DNA of 64,000 nt. It comes from an uncultured Chloroflexia bacterium (GTDB lineage Bacteria > Chloroflexota > Limnocylindria > Limnocylindrales > CSP1-4). Location of the stretch: assembly GCA_963813535.1 (NCBI GenBank), contig CAWEZH010000003.1, forward strand, positions 128,001 through 192,000, written 5' to 3'. Under the pieces are notes generated by a model. The model ran no database searches. It was not told where the DNA came from and saw nothing but the letters and a program-made list of their open reading frames with translations. This document shows, in pieces, positions 51,631 through 61,766 of this stretch (positions within the stretch are counted from its first letter, which is position 1; each line of letters opens with the position of its first letter). A program made the translations under genes and the position numbers.

Positions 51631-52341
51631 TCAGTCGAGGCGGACGAAGCCCGCGGCGATATCCCGGAAGGTGGCCTCGTCGATGCCGGTCGCGACCGCC
51701 AGCCAGCTCGGCGTCTCGGCGCGACCAACGACGATCGCGTAGCCCCCGTCATCGAGCGTGATGAGCGTCCCCGGCTGGTCGCCGAACGACGCCGTGCCAG
51801 CGTCGGTCCCGGGTGGCACGCACCCGTCCGAGGTCTCGCAGAAGGCCCCTTGCTGCAGCGACAGGGTCGCCCCGGACGGTCCCTTGTACGAGATCGAGAG
51901 CTGCCCGACCCCGCGAACGCTGTACTTGCCGGTCGACACGACCCAGCGCGCCGGCAGGACCGGGCAGTACACCGGCCAGTCGAGATCGCCTGCCGCATCC
52001 GCGTAGAACGCCTTGTTGTCGTCAGTTGCCTGCGCAGGCTTCGACAGCCACCTCAGGAGGCACGTGACGACGGCGCCGCAGCTCGGGGACCCGCTCGCCG
52101 AGGCGGATGGGGATGCGATATCGCTCGAGGGCGATGGCTGCAGGGACGGAGCACTCGGCGCGGTCGAAGCGGACGGCGCAGAGGACGTCACGGCGGCTGG
52201 TGTGGCGGTCCCAGCATCGTCGGCGTTGTTGCCGATACAGCCACCGGCGATGGCGGCACACACGACGATCAGGAGGAGCGATGGGGACCGGGGCAGCGCC
52301 GCGACGGCACGGCCCGGATGGGCCGGTCGGGGACGGGTCAC
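51631..52341 (-). CDS. Hypothetical lipoprotein
   Basis: Lipobox-like IAGGC, a Ser/Pro/Ala linker and a globular domain (WPVYCPVLP). It has its own TGnTACCCT promoter. Confidence 0.65.
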   Translation of the reverse strand: MTRPRPAHPGRAVAALPRSPSLLLIVVCAAIAGGCIGNNADDAGTATPAAVTSSAPSASTAPSAPSLQPSPSSDIASPSASASGSPSCGAVVTCLLRWLSKPAQATDDNKAFYADAAGDLDWPVYCPVLPARWVVSTGKYSVRGVGQLSISYKGPSGATLSLQQGAFCETSDGCVPPGTDAGTASFGDQPGTLITLDDGGYAIVVGRAETPSWLAVATGIDEATFRDIAAGFVRLD

Positions 52342-52929
52342 GCGGTCGAGGGTAGCACGGGAGGCCGTGACGGCCCCGCGGCGACCTCCAGGCGATGGGC
52401 CGCCGCCGGCGCGACGAGATCGTCCGGGGAGATCGGCCGGCGTCCGGCGATGCGCCCGGGCATGCATGAACGGTCCGGCATGGGTGACCACCACGGTCGG
52501 CCGCCCATCGGTGACAAGGGCGGCCCAGGCGGAGGCCACCCGGTCGGCCAGTGCGGCGTGGGTCTCGCCCGCTGGCCAGTCGATGGCCAGCTCACCGGCC
52601 GCCAGGGCCGCGGCCAGGTCCGGGGCGATAGCGGTCAGCTCGTCGAACGTTCGTCCTTCGGCGATGCCGAGGTCGGCCTCGCGCCAGCGGTCATCGATCG
52701 CGGCGGTCGAGAGCCCGGCCGCTTCGACGATCGCCGCTGCCGTCATGGTCGCCCGTCTCGACGGGCTGGACACGACCCGGGTGCCGGGCGGAAGGTCGCC
52801 CGCCAGCGACTCGGCGAGCCGCAGGGCCTCGTCTACCCCGATGCTGGACAGCGGTGGGTCACTTCGCCCGCAATACCGCACACCGGACCACGCCGTCGAA
52901 GCGTGCCTCACCAGGACGATCGTGACCAC
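52338..52929 (-). CDS. cobC: Histidine phosphatase (alpha-ribazole phosphatase-like), frameshift near 52452
   Basis: LVRHA, GRSDPPLS, SSPSRRA, WREADLG and VVTHAG. It follows cobT, and its C-terminus is in another frame. Confidence 0.7.
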
Positions 52930-52930
52930 G

Positions 52931-54055
52931 TCAGCGGACCTGTCGTGCTGGATCGGCCGTTCCCGTGACACCGGCGGCATCGAACGTCGCCATCCCATCG
53001 CGGATGGCGACGGCGGCATCGACGAGGCCCATCGCCAGGGCCGCTCCGCTGCCCTCGCCGAGCCGCAGGTCGAGCTCGAGCAGTGGATGCAGCCCCAGCC
53101 GCTCCAGCACGACCGCATGGCCCGGTTCGGTGCTCCGATGCGCCGCGATCAGACGGGTCTCGAGCCCGGGAGCGAGGCCGGCCGCGAGGAGTGCCGCGGC
53201 ACCCGTGATGAAGCCATCGAGGATGACCGGCACGCGTTGACCGGCGGCCTCGAGCATCGCACCGACCAGGACACCGATCTCGAAGCCCCCGACGGCCGCG
53301 AGCACGCCGATCGGGTCGCCCGGATCGGGCCGGTTCCGATCGAGTGCCAGCGCGACAGTCTCGACCTTGTGAGCGTGGGTGGCGTCGTCGATGCCGGTGC
53401 CGCGGCCGGTCACCCGCTCCGGAGGCAGGCCGGTCATCGCCGCCGTCAGCGCGCTCGCCGCGGTCGTGTTGCCGATGCCCATCTCGCCGACGCCGAGCAT
53501 CTCGACGCCATCCTCGATCAGACCGTGCGCGACGTCGAGTCCGAGCGCGATCGCGCCGAGCGCCTCGCCTCGAGACATCGCCGGTCCGGCCGTCATGTCG
53601 TCCGTCCCGGCGCGGATCGGGGCTCGGATGAGGCTGGCGTGCGGGCCGGTGCCGGTCGGCGGTGTCGCGTCGGGGATCGCGCCGGCGACCCCCGCGTCGA
53701 CGACGGAGACCGTCGCGCCCACCGAACCTGCCAGGACGTTGATCGCGGCGCCACCGCCCAGGAAGTTGGCGACCATCTGCGCCGTCACCTCGGCCGGGTA
53801 TGCCGACACGCCCTGGCGGACGACGCCGTGGTCAGCCGCCGCGACGACGATCGCCCTGCGACCGTAGGTGGCGGACGGATCGCCCGTGATGCCGGCGAGC
53901 TGGATGGCGAGCCACTCGAGGCGCCCGAGGCTCCCGGGCGGCTTCGTCAGGGCGTCGAGGCGGGCGGTCGACCCGGCGACCGCGTCGGCGTCGAGCGGGC
54001 CGAGCGACCGGACCCGGTCGACGGCCTGCTGCACGGCGGTCGCATGGCCGGTCAT
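52931..54055 (-). CDS. cobT: Nicotinate-nucleotide-dimethylbenzimidazole phosphoribosyltransferase
   Basis: LTKPPGSLGRLE, AADHGV, GEMGIGNTT and LRLGEGSGA. Confidence 0.96.
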   Translation of the reverse strand: MTGHATAVQQAVDRVRSLGPLDADAVAGSTARLDALTKPPGSLGRLEWLAIQLAGITGDPSATYGRRAIVVAAADHGVVRQGVSAYPAEVTAQMVANFLGGGAAINVLAGSVGATVSVVDAGVAGAIPDATPPTGTGPHASLIRAPIRAGTDDMTAGPAMSRGEALGAIALGLDVAHGLIEDGVEMLGVGEMGIGNTTAASALTAAMTGLPPERVTGRGTGIDDATHAHKVETVALALDRNRPDPGDPIGVLAAVGGFEIGVLVGAMLEAAGQRVPVILDGFITGAAALLAAGLAPGLETRLIAAHRSTEPGHAVVLERLGLHPLLELDLRLGEGSGAALAMGLVDAAVAIRDGMATFDAAGVTGTADPARQVR

Positions 54056-54594
54056 CGCTTCCCGTCCTTCAGTGTCACCGGCAGGCCCGCCACGAACAGG
54101 TATGCCTCGTCGGCCAGTGCCGCGAGTCGTTGATGGGCGATGCCGACGAGATCGCGGTATGCGCGAGCGTTCGGATGCATCGGCACGATGCCGAGACCGA
54201 CCTCGTCACTGACGACGATCGCCGGTCCCGGGCGCGCTTCGATCGCCGCGTACGCCGTGGCGACCGGTCCGTCGAGGATCGGGTCGATCGGTGGCGCGCC
54301 ATCGCCCAGCAACGTGCTGAGCCACAGCGTCAGCCCGTCGATGAGGATGGGCTCGGACGGCTCCGTGGCCGCGATGGCTGCGGCCAGATCGGCCCCGACG
54401 TCGATGGTCGGCCAGTCGGCCGGTCGTTCGGCACGGTGGCGCCGGATCCGGTCGTCGAGTTCCTCGTCGCCCGACCAGGCAGTGCCGAGGAACCACGCCC
54501 GACCGCCGTCGGCGAGTCGCCGCGTCGTGGCGAGGCCGAACCGGCTCTTGCCGCTCCGTGTGCCGCCGAGCGCGAGGATCAGGGGGGACGCCAT
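54052..54594 (-). CDS. cobU: Adenosylcobinamide kinase/guanylyltransferase
   Basis: GGTRSGKS, RIRRHRAERP and VSDEVGLGIVP. Confidence 0.93.
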   Translation of the reverse strand: MASPLILALGGTRSGKSRFGLATTRRLADGGRAWFLGTAWSGDEELDDRIRRHRAERPADWPTIDVGADLAAAIAATEPSEPILIDGLTLWLSTLLGDGAPPIDPILDGPVATAYAAIEARPGPAIVVSDEVGLGIVPMHPNARAYRDLVGIAHQRLAALADEAYLFVAGLPVTLKDGKR

Positions 54595-54600
54595 CCTCGG

Positions 54601-55353
54601 TCAGGCTGCCACGACGGCGGCTGCGAGCAGCCCGGCCACCGCCGAGAGTTCCACGATCGCGCCCATCCCGTCGCCGTCGAGGCCACCCCGTCGCCCGACG
54701 ATGACGGCTGCGACGGCCAGGCCGAGGCCACCCGCACCGAGGCCGGCGACACCGACGATCCAGCCTGATGTGCTGGCCAGCCACGCCGCGGCGACCACGA
54801 CGAGCGCAGCCGTACCCGCGGAAACCACGACGGCGGCGATGGTCACGCGGTCCGCGAACCACGATCCGAGTCCTTCATCAGCGGTGGCGCGCGTTGCTCG
54901 CGCGGCGATGACCGGCACCACTCGGGATGTCGCTGCCACGGCGATGAGCGCAAGACCGCCCGTGACGGCGCCGCTCGAGCCGATAAGGCTGGTCAGCGCG
55001 GCGACCTCGGCCGCGATGACCAGGACGAGGGTGACCACCCCGGCGGACCCTAGGGCCGGGTCCTTCCTCGCCCGCTCGGCGGTCGTCGGGTCGGGGGCCG
55101 CAAGGGCATCGGCCGTGTCGGCCAACCCGTCCAGGTGCATCGCCCCGGTGACCAGCGCCATCGCCGCAACCGCTCCGATCGCCGCGAGCATCGGTTCCCC
55201 GAGCCACCGCCCGAGGAGCATCAGCGGCACAGCGCCGACCAACCCGACGATCGCGCCGACCAGGCCGAACGCCGCCGCCCCTGGTCCGTCCGTGGTCACC
55301 ACGCCGACCGGAAAACGGGTCAGGAGGGTCACAGCCCCGCGCATGGTCGACAC
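54601..55353 (-). CDS. cobS: Adenosylcobinamide-GDP ribazoletransferase
   Basis: LLTRFP, TGAMHLDGLADTADAL, KDP..GSAG and GGLDGDGMGA. Confidence 0.93.
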   Translation of the reverse strand: MSTMRGAVTLLTRFPVGVVTTDGPGAAAFGLVGAIVGLVGAVPLMLLGRWLGEPMLAAIGAVAAMALVTGAMHLDGLADTADALAAPDPTTAERARKDPALGSAGVVTLVLVIAAEVAALTSLIGSSGAVTGGLALIAVAATSRVVPVIAARATRATADEGLGSWFADRVTIAAVVVSAGTAALVVVAAAWLASTSGWIVGVAGLGAGGLGLAVAAVIVGRRGGLDGDGMGAIVELSAVAGLLAAAVVAA

Positions 55354-55354
55354 G

Positions 55355-56122
55355 TCACGCCGCTCCGACCGGCAGCCGAACGAGCATCGGATCGACGCCG
55401 AAGACGCTGCGGATCCGCTCCGCATCCAGCGTCGCCGCGGGCGTGCCGTCGGCCACGATCCGCGCATCGGCCAGGACCACGATCCGTGGGAAGAAGTGGG
55501 CGGCCAGCGCGAGGTCGTGGAGCACCGCGAGGATCGTCGTGCCGTCGCGCCGGTTCAACTCGAGCAGGAGTTCCATGACCTCGACCTGATGGCGGATGTC
55601 GAGGTGCGCCGTCGGCTCATCGAGGACCAGGATCGGCGCCGACTGGGCGACGGCAACGGCGATGAACACCAGCTGCCGCTCACCCATCGACAGCTCGCGC
55701 ACGTCGCGCTTGCGCAGGTGGCTGATGCCGACGCGGTCGATCGCCCCGTCGACTGCCGCGATGTCGCCCGGGCGGAGACCGGTCATCGGGGGCTCATGCG
55801 GCAGGCGCCCGAGCGCCACGACCTCGTCGACCGGCATCGCGAACGGCAGGTCGGCGACCTCGGGCACGACCGCGATGGTCCGGGCAAGGGTCTTCCGATC
55901 GACGCGCTCGATGGGGCCGCCGAGCAGGTCGACCGACCCCGCTCGGGGCGTCAGCACGCCGGTGAGGGCGCGGAGGAGCGACGACTTCCCGGCACCGTTC
56001 GGTCCGACGAGGGCGACGCGCTCTCCGGTAGCCACGGACAGGTTCGCCGCGTCGACGACCGTCCGTTCGCCGTACCCGATGGTGAGCCCACGCGCATCGA
56101 TGACCGGCGATGCGCCGCTCAT
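55355..56122 (-). CDS. Cobalamin ABC transporter ATPase (BtuD-like)
   Basis: GPNGAGKS, LSMGERQ, LDEPTAHLD and LHDL. Confidence 0.9.
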   Translation of the reverse strand: MSGASPVIDARGLTIGYGERTVVDAANLSVATGERVALVGPNGAGKSSLLRALTGVLTPRAGSVDLLGGPIERVDRKTLARTIAVVPEVADLPFAMPVDEVVALGRLPHEPPMTGLRPGDIAAVDGAIDRVGISHLRKRDVRELSMGERQLVFIAVAVAQSAPILVLDEPTAHLDIRHQVEVMELLLELNRRDGTTILAVLHDLALAAHFFPRIVVLADARIVADGTPAATLDAERIRSVFGVDPMLVRLPVGAA

Positions 56123-57195
56123 AGCTCGTAACCCGATCGCGAACGGCTCAAGAGGAACAGGAAGAAGGGCGCGCCGAGCAACGCCATCACCACGCCGACC
56201 GGCACATCGCCGGCCATGCGCGCGACGAGGTCGGCAGCCGACAGCAGTGCCGCCCCGCAGACCGCGGAGATCGGCAGCACGCGGTGCGCGGCGGGTCCGA
56301 CGAGCAGCCGAACGACGTGCGGCACGACGAGTCCGACGAACCCGATGAGGCCGCTGATCGCGACGGCGGCGGCGGTCGCCATCGACGCCAGGGCGAGCAG
56401 GATGGTGCGCTCGTGGGCGACGTCGATGCCCAGATGGCGCGCCGCAGCGTCGCCCAGGAGCATGCCGTCCAGCGACCGGCCCCGCGCCATGATCAGGAGC
56501 GAGGAGCCGATGATCAGAGGCGCTGCGGCAAGCAACCGGACCCACGATGCGCCGCCCAGGCCGCCGAGCAGGAACGAGAAGATCTGGCGGAGCTCGGCGC
56601 CGGAGACATACATCGCCATCGTGAGGACCGCCGCCAGCACGGAGCCCACCGCGTAGCCGGTCAGCAGCAGGCGGGTGAGCCCGCCCGCCCCACCGGTCCC
56701 ACCGAGCCGGAACACCAGCCAGGCCGAGCCGAGGGCGCCGATGAACGCGAGGCCGTGCAGCAGCCCGAACTCGATGAGCACGAGCTGGATCGGCAACAGC
56801 ACGGCGATCGCCGCGCCGACCGCAGCGCCGCTTGCAGTCCCGAGCACGTACGGGTCGGCGAGCGGGTTTCGAAGCAGTCCCTGGAACGTCGCGCCGGCCA
56901 CCGCCAGACCGCAGCCGATGAGCATCGCGGTCAGGACCCGTGGCAGCCGCAGCTCCCAGACGATCGCCTCCGTGGCCGCCGTCCAGGTGACGCCGATATC
57001 GACACCAAGCGTGCGCGACAGGATCACCCCGACGGTCTCCATCGGGCCGATACGTACCGAGCCGAGTCCGACGCCGAGGATGAGCGTGATGAGCAGGACG
57101 CCGCACGCGGCCAGGCCGACGACGAGCGGCCGGGCGCGGACCCACGCGGCGACACCCCCGGATCCAAGGTCGCGTGGGAGCGCGCCGGCCGCCAT
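56119..57195 (-). CDS. Cobalamin ABC transporter permease (BtuC/FecCD-like)
   Basis: LRLPRVL, RNPLADPYVLG and IGFVGLVVPH. Confidence 0.92.
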   Translation of the reverse strand: MAAGALPRDLGSGGVAAWVRARPLVVGLAACGVLLITLILGVGLGSVRIGPMETVGVILSRTLGVDIGVTWTAATEAIVWELRLPRVLTAMLIGCGLAVAGATFQGLLRNPLADPYVLGTASGAAVGAAIAVLLPIQLVLIEFGLLHGLAFIGALGSAWLVFRLGGTGGAGGLTRLLLTGYAVGSVLAAVLTMAMYVSGAELRQIFSFLLGGLGGASWVRLLAAAPLIIGSSLLIMARGRSLDGMLLGDAAARHLGIDVAHERTILLALASMATAAAVAISGLIGFVGLVVPHVVRLLVGPAAHRVLPISAVCGAALLSAADLVARMAGDVPVGVVMALLGAPFFLFLLSRSRSGYEL

Positions 57196-57200
57196 GGTCG

Positions 57201-58214
57201 CTAGGACGCCGCCGGCAGCGTGACGTCGGGCCAGATCGCCGTCGTGAGGTTTCGCAGCCCGAGTGGCAGGCGCGGCCCCGGCCGGGTGATCTCGATATCC
57301 CGGACCGGTCGGACGTCGCCGTTCCGGACCGCCGTCAGCGCGTCCCAGCCGGGCCGCTCGGCGACGGACTCCGGCGTCGGCGAGTAGAACGGGTTGGTTC
57401 CGAGGACGATGAGCTCGGGATCCCGCTCGATGAGCTTCTCGAGGGAGATCTCGTACGTGTTCGGGTCCCCGGTGGTGATCGTGTCGGCACCGGCCATGGT
57501 CACCATCTCGGCGACGAACGAATCGTCCGCTGGTGCGTAGATGGCGCCGGTCGTCGCGTCGTAGCCCACCTCGTACAGGACACGCGGCTTGGGCGACTGG
57601 CTGGAGACCGCCGAGCTGATGGACTCGATCTCGGCCTTCATGTCGGCGCTCAGCGTCGCGGCCGAGTCGCTCGTGCCGGTCGCGCTGCCGATGAGCTCGA
57701 TGTCGTGATAGACACCCTCGACCGACGGCGCATACAGGACGACGACCGGCACGTCCAGGTCACGCAGGCGCGTGATGGCGTCGGCAGGCGTGAAACCGAG
57801 GCCGCCGGCAAGGACGAGGTCGGGTTCGAGCGCGACGACCTTCTCGACGTCCACGCTCGAGAACGTGGCGACATCGGGCAGGGCGACCGCCGCCTCCGGG
57901 AAGTCGCTGCCGTCATCGGTTGCGACGACACGCTCCCCGGCCCCGAGCGAGAACAGGATCTCCGTGTTCGCGGGCGTGAGGGACACGATCGTCTCGGGCT
58001 CGGCCGCGATATCGACGGCGGTGCCTTCGTCGTCGGTCACCGTGACGGGGAAGGCGGCGGGCGTCGGACTCGGCGCCGCGCTCGCGCTCGCGGTCGGAGG
58101 TGCCGTGGAGGGGGCAGCCGACGGCGACGCGCCAGCCGATGTGCAGGCGCTGACGATGGCGGCAAGGAACGTCAGGGTCAGGACGACGCCGCGGCGTCGA
58201 TCGGGAAGGGGCAT
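57201..58214 (-). CDS. Cobalamin-binding lipoprotein (BtuF-like)
   Basis: Lipobox VSAC, FPVTVTDD, IVSLTPANTEIL and RPGPRL. It lies downstream of the B12 riboswitch. Confidence 0.9.
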   Translation of the reverse strand: MPLPDRRRGVVLTLTFLAAIVSACTSAGASPSAAPSTAPPTASASAAPSPTPAAFPVTVTDDEGTAVDIAAEPETIVSLTPANTEILFSLGAGERVVATDDGSDFPEAAVALPDVATFSSVDVEKVVALEPDLVLAGGLGFTPADAITRLRDLDVPVVVLYAPSVEGVYHDIELIGSATGTSDSAATLSADMKAEIESISSAVSSQSPKPRVLYEVGYDATTGAIYAPADDSFVAEMVTMAGADTITTGDPNTYEISLEKLIERDPELIVLGTNPFYSPTPESVAERPGWDALTAVRNGDVRPVRDIEITRPGPRLPLGLRNLTTAIWPDVTLPAAS

Positions 58215-58357
58215 CGAACGGGACTCCGGTAGCGGGATGGCCGGCCGGAGGGGTCGCGTGGGACACGCACGACCCCTCGCTTCGAACGTCGAAGGAGGGG
58301 TCAGGTGATGCGCTGCACGGAGCCTGCCTACCTTTCTCTCGAAGGTTCGAGCATGCA

Positions 58358-58450
58358 CCGCAGGGTCGGCGACCGGACTTCCGCCCGAGGGCGGTTCACC
58401 GTAGCGGGACTGTGCCGGATTCGCACCGGCTTCGCGACCACGCGGCGTTG
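58358..58450 (-). promoter_or_regulatory. Cobalamin riboswitch (compact)
   Basis: The minus strand reads GTCGCGAAGCCGGTGCGAATCCGGCACAGTCCCGCTACGGTGAA...AAGTCCGGTCGCCGACC, upstream of the btu/cob genes. An extended -10 TGCTACGCT precedes it. Confidence 0.88.
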
Positions 58451-58581
58451 ACGAGACGTCGCCGGCGAGCGTAGCACACCGTCCGCATGGCCCAGATACG
58501 TGGCAGTGAAGCGGGTCTCCGTAGGATGCCGACCTCGCCTTTCCCGCCGGCGAACAGCCCGCCGGTGGGAGGCCACGCAGC

Positions 58582-59691
58582 ATGGAGACGAGATGGATCC
58601 ATCGAGCCGGTCCGGGCGTCGCGGTGATCGGCGCGCTGGCCGTCATCGCTTCGACCACGGCTGGTGCGCCATCGCCGATCTGGGACCCACCGGACTGCCC
58701 GGGTCCGGCGGCGGTCGGCACAGCGCCCATCGGCGCGTGGTTCCGGCTCGACCCGGTGATCGTGGACGGTGCCTTCTCCGGGCAGCGCATGACGCTGGGG
58801 CACGCGGACATGTCCGGGCCATGGCAGCTGGAGCTCGACGCCGAGTCGTTCGCCTCCGGGCCGGTCGGCGGCACGGTCCTCGTCGGGACGGACGCCGGAC
58901 GAGCCTCGGAGCTGTCACTCATCGACCTCGCCGGTGGCTGCCGCTGGCCGCTGGCCGCGGCGCGGGACATCATCCGGAACGCGATCGTCAGCCCGGACGG
59001 ACGATCGATCGTCGAGAGCCGAGTCGACCGGAGGTCGAGGGCCGATCTCGGCATCTGGCGACGTCCGTTGGCAGGTGGACCGGCGACCCGGCTCCTGCCG
59101 CCCATCGCCGCCGACGATCGGTTCGGGCCGACCTGGCGCACGGAGCTCGAATGGGCCGCGGACGGCGACACGCTCGTGGTCGGATCCTGCGGTGAGGCCG
59201 CGTGTCGGTACCGGCTGTTGCCCGCGTCCGGCGATGTCGTGACGACCATCGCGGATCCGACGCTCGGGACATCGGTCGGGCTGGCGGCGGGACACCTCGT
59301 GACGTATGCGGCCTGTCGGGGGATGCCCTGCCCATTGGTCTCGGTGGACATCGCCGACCGAACGCGCACCACGATCCATGACGCGGCCGGGCTCGCGGTG
59401 CTCAGCCGCGACGAGCACATGCGCAACGTCATCGTCCACGAGATCGGCGCGGACGGCGGGCCGCTTCGGTCGGTCGGGCCCGATGGTGGTGATGGACGGC
59501 TCCTGCCGAGCGCACCGCGAGGCCTCCGGCTCGTCGGCGATCTCGCGTGGGCCGGTGGCGCTGCCGAGCATCCGGGTGACCGGCTGATCTTCGGTCCCGA
59601 TGGGCGCCTGCCCGTGGATGGGACCCGACACGCCCTCCTCCGTGCCCCTTCGGACGAAGAGACCGTTCCCCTTGGCGAGGTGCTGCGATGA
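58582..59691 (+). CDS. Secreted hypothetical protein (beta-propeller/TolB-like repeats)
   Basis: Signal peptide, AIVSPDGRSI, LEWAADGDTL and paired Cys. Confidence 0.6.
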   Translation: METRWIHRAGPGVAVIGALAVIASTTAGAPSPIWDPPDCPGPAAVGTAPIGAWFRLDPVIVDGAFSGQRMTLGHADMSGPWQLELDAESFASGPVGGTVLVGTDAGRASELSLIDLAGGCRWPLAAARDIIRNAIVSPDGRSIVESRVDRRSRADLGIWRRPLAGGPATRLLPPIAADDRFGPTWRTELEWAADGDTLVVGSCGEAACRYRLLPASGDVVTTIADPTLGTSVGLAAGHLVTYAACRGMPCPLVSVDIADRTRTTIHDAAGLAVLSRDEHMRNVIVHEIGADGGPLRSVGPDGGDGRLLPSAPRGLRLVGDLAWAGGAAEHPGDRLIFGPDGRLPVDGTRHALLRAPSDEETVPLGEVLR

Positions 59692-60719
59692 GCCGCTCCG
59701 TCCGCGTCATGCTCCCCGTCGCCGCGATCGCGGTCGCCCTTGCCGGCGGTAGCCCGGTGGCTGCGCACGGTCCCGATCCCAGCCTCAGCGGTGGGCTCTT
59801 CGGCCAGAGCCAGGTCCTCGAGTTCCGCTGGCGGTCAGGCTCCGAGCCGCCCGGCGGCGTTCGGAACGCGGTCCTCGCGGCCGCCGCCGACAGCAACGCG
59901 AGCCGTTCATCGAAGGCGGCCACGTTCAGGTACGACAGTACGGGTCCGAACCTGATCGGCTACGGCACCGGATCGTGCGGCGTCAACGGGCTCGGCTGTT
60001 TCACCCGGACCGCTCCGACCGGCTTCACGATGTGGCTCCGCGAGCACGGCCGGGTCTTCGACTGGGGCACGCTGCGGTGGTGCCAGATGCAGGCATCGCC
60101 GACCAACGGCTGCTACGACGCCGAGACCATCGCGCTCGACGAGTTCGGGCACGTCGAGATCCTCAACCACCACGCGAACTACGCCGACGAACGTGACTAC
60201 ACGGATGCGGTCGTCCAGACGTTCTCCCGCACTCGCCCGAAGACCGGCTGGAACATGCACCGATACGGCATCTGCGACACCGCGACGCTGCAGGTCAGGT
60301 ACGACCTGCCCACGCTGTCGTCGCTCTACTCGCGGTGCCTCGACGTCGTCACGGTGCTCTCGCTCGCCGTGGATGACGCCTCGATCCCGTACGGCGGAGC
60401 CGTCGACTTCACATCGATCCTGAAGGTCGCGACCGACACCGACTATGGGCGGTTGAGCGCCAATCCGATCGGCGGCCGGACGATCCGGCTGCAGCGACGC
60501 GCCGTCGGATCCTCGACCTGGGCCAACCTGGCGACCCTCGCCGGGACCAGCCCGACGGGCACGTACGCCTCCACGCTCCGGTTGTTCGGCACGGCCGACT
60601 TCCGGACGGTGTTCTCGACCCCATCCAACGAAGGCGTCCGCGGCGACACGAGCCCGACGGTGCGCGTCACCGTCGCGCCGTGCACCGCGAACTGCCCGCA
60701 ACCGGTCGTTTCGGAGTGA
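59688..60719 (+). CDS. Secreted matrixin-like protein with variant zinc motif and C-terminal beta-sandwich
   Basis: Signal peptide and YDAETIALDEFGHVEILNH. Confidence 0.6.
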   Translation: MSRSVRVMLPVAAIAVALAGGSPVAAHGPDPSLSGGLFGQSQVLEFRWRSGSEPPGGVRNAVLAAAADSNASRSSKAATFRYDSTGPNLIGYGTGSCGVNGLGCFTRTAPTGFTMWLREHGRVFDWGTLRWCQMQASPTNGCYDAETIALDEFGHVEILNHHANYADERDYTDAVVQTFSRTRPKTGWNMHRYGICDTATLQVRYDLPTLSSLYSRCLDVVTVLSLAVDDASIPYGGAVDFTSILKVATDTDYGRLSANPIGGRTIRLQRRAVGSSTWANLATLAGTSPTGTYASTLRLFGTADFRTVFSTPSNEGVRGDTSPTVRVTVAPCTANCPQPVVSE

Positions 60720-60724
60720 GCTCG

Positions 60725-61285
60725 ATGATCAGAGGCCTGAGATCCAAGCGTGTGCCGTCCGGCGTCGCCGTGCTCGTGCTGGTCGTGCTGGGCTGCTCGT
60801 CGACCACCGTGTCCACGGCCACGCCGGTCAGCATCGCCACGCCCTCCAGCGCATCCGTGGGACCGAGTCCAGGCGCGGCCACGCCCGCTCCGACTCGGGG
60901 CGTCACGGCGCCACCGGCCGACACCGCACCACCGGCAGCGACGCTCGTCGCGGAAGGCGGCGACCCCGTGGTGGGCCAGCTCGGGACGTACGCCTGGCGT
61001 GACGGTGGCTCCGACAGTCCCTGGCTGCCCGGCGCCCCGATCGCGGTCGGCGCCGGCGAGCCGCTGTCGCTCAGCCTCGAGCCAGCGACCGGGATCGCCT
61101 CATGGCGGGCGCGGTCGGTCCCGGCGTCGGCCGACGGCCCGGAGGGCGCGGCGTCACTCGGCGAAGGTTCGGGTTCCCCGGCATTCGCCGCGCCGGGTGC
61201 GGGCACGTGGACGATCGAGGTCCACGTCGTGTTCGACGACGGGCTGGGCGATGCGAGCTACTTCTGGCGCCTGGACGTCACCTAG
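60725..61285 (+). CDS. Hypothetical lipoprotein
   Basis: Lipobox VLGC, a Pro/Thr linker and a beta-rich domain ending in GDASYFWRLDV. Confidence 0.65.
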   Translation: MIRGLRSKRVPSGVAVLVLVVLGCSSTTVSTATPVSIATPSSASVGPSPGAATPAPTRGVTAPPADTAPPAATLVAEGGDPVVGQLGTYAWRDGGSDSPWLPGAPIAVGAGEPLSLSLEPATGIASWRARSVPASADGPEGAASLGEGSGSPAFAAPGAGTWTIEVHVVFDDGLGDASYFWRLDVT

Positions 61286-61351
61286 CCGCTGCGAAGCACA
61301 ACCCGGAGGCCCTGACCGAAGGTGAGGCTCGTACCGCCCGGGGGCGGCGGG

Positions 61352-61633
61352 TCACGCCTCGGTCGCGACGGGCTGTCCCGCGGAGAAGATCGAGACCTGG
61401 GCGTCCTCCGGCAGCATCACACCGAAGACCTTCTGGAGCGCCAGCGTATGGGCGCACGATCCCCAACTCTCGAAGTAGTGGCAGGTGCAGCGCCACTGAC
61501 CGGAATCGAGGGCGACATGGTGCGTGTCGTTGTCGCCGCGAAACGTGAGCGAAAGACGATCGATGGTCATCCGATCGAGCTCTCGCGCGTAGCGATTCGC
61601 CTTCTCGACCTTGCCGATCAGGGAGCTGTGCAT
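61352..61633 (-). CDS. Small SWIM-type zinc-finger protein
   Basis: MHSSLIGKVEKANRYA...WRCTCHYF..WGSCAH. Confidence 0.75.
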   Translation of the reverse strand: MHSSLIGKVEKANRYARELDRMTIDRLSLTFRGDNDTHHVALDSGQWRCTCHYFESWGSCAHTLALQKVFGVMLPEDAQVSIFSAGQPVATEA

Positions 61634-61766
61634 CTCGAGCAACCTCCGTCGCCGCCTGGGCGCTCTCGGGGCCGCCGTCCGGTCTGCACCATCGACCGGT
61701 GGTGGCGGTCGCGTCACTGAAGCCTACACCTCGCGCCCTCCGAGGTCACCCCCAAATCGTCCCGCA

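Noticed and set aside
51631-53118. Apparent histidine phosphatase-lipoprotein fusion
   Set aside because: It is produced by a 1-nt frameshift near 52452. The lipoprotein has its own promoter and a GTG start that overlaps the corrected cobC stop.
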